A stretch of 60,849 bases of DNA, filler included, from Streblomastix strix (Eukaryota), in NCBI GenBank assembly GCA_008636045.1. It is 3 parts of 3 records of this genome, joined end to end, with 100 filler letters (N's around TTAATTAATTAA, not from the genome) between each part and the next. Parts side by side here need not be neighbours in the genome. Positions count along the whole stretch, not along the records: positions 40,641 to 60,849 come from SNRW01000451.1; 2 more parts are not named here. One strand, 5' to 3'. Below, piece by piece: positions 55,149-60,849 of this stretch (the stretch's first letter is position 1; each line of letters opens with the position of its first letter). Made by a program: the position numbers and the translations under genes. The notes beneath the pieces were generated by a model that was not told the origin of the DNA, searched no databases, and saw only the letters and a program-made list of their open reading frames with translations.

Positions 55149-55466
55149 ATGAAATTTAGTCCGAAAATAGATAAATACTATATTTAACTAACAAATGCAC
55201 AATCTGAACCAGATTCAAAATTTAACAAAATTAAAGATATATAATTTTACACAATTGATAATGAAAGTGGAGAAGATATGTCAGATAGATCCATATATGA
55301 TAATACATTAAATATTGTACAACCCAATAACCACTTCACTGTTAATTATAATGTTAAAGATTATTCAGACAATATTGATTATAAGAAATTTAGTTCAATT
55401 TAAATACACATTCCTGAAAAGGGAAGTTAGATGACTAATTAACCATAGAATAAAAACAGTGAATGA
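55149..55466 (+). CDS. Small hypothetical ORF (105 aa)
   Basis: MKFSPKIDKYYIQLTNAQSEPDSKF...KNSE* is open under table 6; no motif recognised. Confidence 0.3.
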
Positions 55467-55719
55467 TCTGATAATTTGTGTTAATCTTGAGAAGGAACAT
55501 TAGAATTATGATAGAATTATATTGAGAAAATATCAATTATCGATCAAATAAGTAAACAAAATGAGTTTTTCTTATTTTATTTAATCAAGCGTTATTTTAA
55601 ATCCATTATATTAGATTTAATGATGGTAATATTTAGTTTATTTTTTATATATAAATAGAGTATTTTTTTACTAGAGGATAATAAATTTAATTAACTATAA
55701 ATAGAATTTATATTTAACT

Positions 55720-55860
55720 GTACATATTCAACAATTTTTTACTATAATTTTCATTTAAACAATTTTTTACTATAATTTTTTAATTTTATCACTTTTTTAT
55801 TACTACAATTTTCTTTTTATTACATTTTTATTATTATAATTTTCTTTCAATCGTTTTTTA
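55720..55860. repeat. Imperfect AT-rich tandem repeat (TTTTTTACTATAATTTT core)
   Basis: ACAATTTTTTACTATAATTTT occurs twice, followed by degenerate copies. Confidence 0.55.
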
Positions 55861-56098
55861 TCACTTTGTTATCAGAATAGTTTTTCATTTATCATTTTCT
55901 ATTGATCACTTCATTATTATCTTACTAATGAACAACAAGTTTGTTTCAAAATACAGAATAAGAACGTTAGATAAAAATTGAATTATATTGTTTATTGATA
56001 CTGTAAGTATTTATTATATTATACAATATTTAAAAAAATGAATAAATGAATTGAAATGAATTATTAATATGACTCTAATTTAAGAAAACAAATGCTGA

Positions 56099-59000
56099 TC
56101 ATTAAATAATACATTTCTTATTCTAAATTTTTGAATTCAATTCAGGATCGGGTGGTGTTGGTATTGTTCTTTATGCATTCCATTATTCATCTGTTACAGA
56201 TTGAGGAGGAAGTGGATGATGAATTTTATGATCGGCATCTTTTTATTCTTATTATTATTTTTATACTTATTCTTTATCTGCTTAATTCTATTATTAATTT
56301 AAAAACTATTAGATAAGAATAATTGAATCTTCAATATATTTGTTTAGAAGTTGCTTACTTTGAACAATTGAAATTAGTTCAGAAAAATCTAAATCAAGGA
56401 TCAATCCTGCAATCTGAATGATTTGAATGAAAAATAAAAAAATTTAAATTTATAATAACGTGAATGAGAAACAATTTAAAAATTTTAATAAAAATTACTA
56501 TTATTAACTTCATCAAACCCTTCCTGCTAATTCTTCATGTTACTTCTATGCATAATAATATATGAATTCTCCAATTATATTCTTCTTTTCTTCATGGGTA
56601 CCTTGATAAATCTAAGTAATGTCAAAATCAGTTTAATCATCAATTGAAACTCTGATTTATTAATATTTTGAAGTTGAAACATGGATTTTTTCTTGCAATA
56701 ATTACAAAATTTATTTATATTTGGATTTGACTTCATCAATTTAAGTTTCAGTCCAATGGTTTTTTACTCTTAATTCTTCAATATCATCATCTTATCTCAA
56801 TAATGTGAATCTAGTTTTAATTTCCAAACTTATTTTCTTTTTGTTTTCTTCAGATCCTAATTTAAGAATATTAAGAACAAGATTGAGAAACGAAAGGTAT
56901 TATAATTCATCTTAGAATTATTTATTCTAAAAGTAGTAAGCAATAATTATATCATGGTTTTCTTCGAATAAATGAATGAAGATGAAAAGTGAATATAAAC
57001 ATGAAAAGAAAAATCATTGAATAATTATAAAAAATAATAATTATAAAACTATACCCGGTAATTCAGCAAGAATTGTAAGATAATCAACATTATAATAGAA
57101 ACTTTGAATTAGAAGATTTTTAATCTCTATTGGGATAGGTTTAGATTTGAAGATGTTTATTAATATATATGCAATCTCATTGAGAATATTATTTTATTCT
57201 CTTTGTTTGAAAATTTGAATAAGTTTCATAATTGTTCCATCTTCTGAAAACTGCTTATAAAATGGATGCTCTTAGCCAATATTTAATTCACATGTGCATG
57301 TTTAAATTATATTTAATACAATTTAACTTGCCTTTTATCTAATTTCTTAATTTTTTGAATCAAATATATTAATAAATGTATGAATAATTCCTTATTTAAT
57401 TATTTTTTTCTACTATTAATTTTATGGTCTAAGAGAATCAGATTTGAGTGTAGATACAATATTATCTTATATTAATGTTTAATCAATTATTATTTTGCTG
57501 ACTTTTGAATTGTCTATAATCATTAGTTTCATGATTTCTAAAACAACAATCAATTTTCCTTAATCATCTTATTTAAAAGCATTATTCATAATTTAATTTA
57601 AAGCTGATATTATTCCATTATTCATTAATTCAATTATTCCTTCTTCATTTTGTCTTTCAACAACTCTTATTATCCTAATTAAATCTTTCATTTTTTCTGG
57701 ATCAATAAATGAACTTATAATGCATTAAGCATCATTATATATTTGCACCTAATTAATGATCTCTTAAGAAAATAAATTTTGAATTAGTTGTTTTGTTTGT
57801 TGGGTTCCAAATAAGAATAGATTAAGGAGAACTTGTAGTATATTATTCATTAAAGAATCTTATTCATTAAACCTTTATATTATAAAAATTAAAATAAACG
57901 AATAATATAAAAAATTATTTTTATAAAAATTTTAATTCATAAAATATCATAAATATTTATTAAAAGTAAATATAATAAATAAATTATATTTCATACTATA
58001 TAAATTAAATTAGAGTTTATGGAACGCCACCTTCAATAATTAAAGCATGATTCTCTGAATAATAAATAAATATTGTTAAAATTAATATATATAATTTTAA
58101 TTGGATTAAAATTTTTATACTTTAATTATTAGCCAAGTAATTTAGACATTTTAAAGTATACTTGCAAGTATAACTGTTTTATGATTACAATTATTTACAA
58201 ATAGGGTTAATAAGTTGTTATTAGAACGATGATGGAATTTCAACTCCATCAATATAAATGTCATCAAGAAGTTAGCAAATCAGACATTAAGTTTCAATAT
58301 CAATTTCTTTATTTAAGCACATCTCAAAAATTAAACTTGAAATTATTTATTATTATTCTATTTCATTTAAATAAGGATGAATGTTAGAATTTTGAATAAA
58401 TTGGGGTAATTATGATGAAGAAGAAGATGGAGAAGTAAGTGATAATAATGTTTACGATTATTATTATTATTTTTGTTGATATTGCTGTTTCCATCCTTTT
58501 CTAATAATTGTAATGAATAAATTGAGAATTTGTTTTTAGATTAACTTATTTTTATTCTAAAATAAAATTATCATATTAGGAAATATATTCATCTCATATA
58601 ATATGTGGATTTGTCCAGAACTACTTTTGTCACTTATTGTTCTAATTAAATCAATTAATTATTCTAAATATTATTCGAAATGTTCATCTCCCATCAAATA
58701 GATTAATTCATTTGCAAAACCAGATTCAATAGTTTTTCCAACATCTTCTGTGTTAAAAATGATTTATTTGATTTAACAAATTCCAATTATACAATCAAAA
58801 ATTCCTTTAATTATCAATTTCATTTTATCTGTCATTTTGTTTTATTTTAATAATATAAATAGTCTTACATTTTAAAATGCATTTGAGAATATATTGAATA
58901 TATTTTTAGGTAAATTTTTCTTCCCAAAGAGGGATAGAATTTCTTATTATATGACCATAATTTATTTAAATGTAATTTTTTGAGTTAATGCAGATGATAA

Positions 59001-60849
59001 AGATGACAGGAGTTAAAGTGATGAAGATTATTATGATGATTGAATAGAAATTTATAATTAGTTTATGAAGGTAAATGCTTATTTTGCTTTGAATTTGATT
59101 GAATTTGTCATTTACTAATTCCATTAAAAGTCATTTGCATATTCATTCAAACATTCATCATCTGTAAGAATTTCAATTTTATTATTCAATACATTTGCTA
59201 ATTTAACTTTATTTTTATGTGATCCTAATCTAAGTATGCAAAGAATCATTTGAAGGCATTCAAATGTATTCTAAAATTTATATTCTTTTTTGAAGAGTAA
59301 TTGTTCAAAATTATCTGAAAGTAAAGCATCGTGGTTATCTTTAATAATATAATAATAAATAAATAAATTAAAATGAATTCAATTAGATTAAAATAAAAAG
59401 AGTATACTAGAATTTTCAGCTATAAGTGCAAGTCCATTATAATCATCGTGTTTTTTGAGCACATGAATCACTTTATTTATGATTTCATCTGGAATTGGGA
59501 GTGCTTTAAATAGCATTGCTAATATTTATGCAATTCTATAACGAACTCTTTTATTATGATTATTATTCTTCAAAATATTAATCAAATTCTAAATTGTTCC
59601 ATCATTCAATAATTATTGATAATATGGATGTTATTCACCTTCTTTTAATTTAACCATTCCAAACTGAACAATATTTCTTATTATTTTGCATGCTTTCATT
59701 AAAGCATTCTAATATTATGAATTTATTATATTAACAATAGTCTGAATAACATTATTTTCAAATAGTTTTTTCTTTTCATCATTCGGGAGTTTTTCAGAAA
59801 GAGTGAGCATTATATTAAGTAATTTGGATTAATTGTTAAAAATATAAAAAGATTTGATATTATTAAGTTGAAAGTCTATAAATTTGGACAAATCAAGAGT
59901 TATTTGGTAGGATTCAATGATATTTTGGGGAATTGTATTAATAATTTCTCTAACAATCAATTCTTTTCCTTAATAATTATCAGCCTAAATCAATATTTGC
60001 GTAATATGTCTGTTTAAATTATCTAACAGTCTCGCTTTAAATAATTCTTCAATGTATTCTTCACTCTTGTATTTAATTGATCTTTAGATTTTCATTAACT
60101 ATTCCATATTAGTTGGATCTGTGAATGTTAATTAGAGAATTTAAACTCCATTTTGATATTATTGATTATGATTAAGATATTCAAGCATTTTTGCATTAAT
60201 TTCTTGGAGAATATATTGCTATGTTGTATTTGACCCATTAATATACATAATTTATATAATTTTAAGAGCATTATTGATGAATTCATGGTTTTATTAATCT
60301 TTTTAAATTTCAATTCTATAAATAATATGTATTAATATATAAAAATAGTAATAATATATTTACAAAAAAATTCACATTCAAATAAAATAACTATTAAATT
60401 CAAACTTCAATTGTTCAATCATTATTTTAAGAAAATCAGCTTCAATAACAGTATCATTGTTCTCTGATTTAAAATTGATATATTTTAAAATAATAATTAT
60501 TATTATTTAACTAAAATTTATCATATTTTAAAAAAAATAAAAATATAAAAAGTTAAATTAAGTTTATTAACAATACTTTCTCTGATTGTTAGACAACCGA
60601 ATATTTCTAATGAATGAATTTTGGTATTAATATTATCAGATTTTACTTACTTGCATAGATACAAAACCAATTTTCATTTAAATTATGGTTCGATTTCAAT
60701 TCCATTAATAAATAATATATCAAGAAATTCACAGGCCTTTTCAATAATCTCAATATCAACTTCGTCTTTCATAATAACTTCATTTATTATGAATTAATTT
60801 ATCGGAAGTTTATTCAATTCCTTGAGATATGGATGTTGAATATTTAGTA
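56099..60849 (-). CDS. Multi-exon ARM/HEAT-like helical-repeat protein with internal duplication, C-terminal MLLE (PABC) domain and CaaX motif; 5' end outside window
   Basis: Two homologous modules (GEQHPYYQQLLNDGTI...LIAE|NHD...LRLGS at ~59200-59650; QEHPFYKQFSEDGTI...ILAE|NHD...LKLGS at ~56850-57280) share an intron position. Final exons read EEKKNIIGEFIYYYAQKQHEELAGR|IAGLILDLDFSELISIVQSKQLLNKYIEDSIILI (intron 56414-56518) and end KKCIIQ-TGA. It could be two tandem genes. Confidence 0.7.

Noticed and set aside
242..60313. Most ORFs in the supplied six-frame track (e.g. the F/L/S-rich ORFs at 9920-10248 and 14322-15209)
   Set aside because: They were computed with TAA/TAG as stops. They are antisense shadows of K/E-rich coding sequence or fragments of longer table-6 ORFs.

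Overview
This is AT-rich eukaryotic (protist) DNA. It is not one locus: three unrelated contigs of about 20.2 kb (1-20220, 20321-40540, 40641-60849) are joined by artificial N/TTAATTAATTAA/N spacers. The organism reads TAA/TAG as Gln and uses TGA as its only stop (translation table 6), so the supplied ORF track is largely uninformative. The code, short GT-AG introns and repeat content fit an oxymonad such as Streblomastix (inference). Contig 1 holds host genes: spliced TRM112, head-to-head with an FKBP-type PPIase fused in frame to a DPH7 WD40 domain that has one internal TGA; a CAF-1 p60/HIRA-like WD40 gene; and a 14.1-kb apparently intronless USP9X/24/34-like deubiquitinase. Contig 2 is mostly decayed DIRS-type tyrosine-recombinase retrotransposons (gag-RT-RNase H-adenine methyltransferase-like-YR) plus two hAT-like MITEs. 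Contig 3 has a low-complexity ORF, a Polinton/Maverick-type packaging ATPase remnant, two more DIRS copies, and a spliced helical-repeat gene ending in an MLLE/PABC domain and a CaaX box. All translations were done by eye; no database searches were run.
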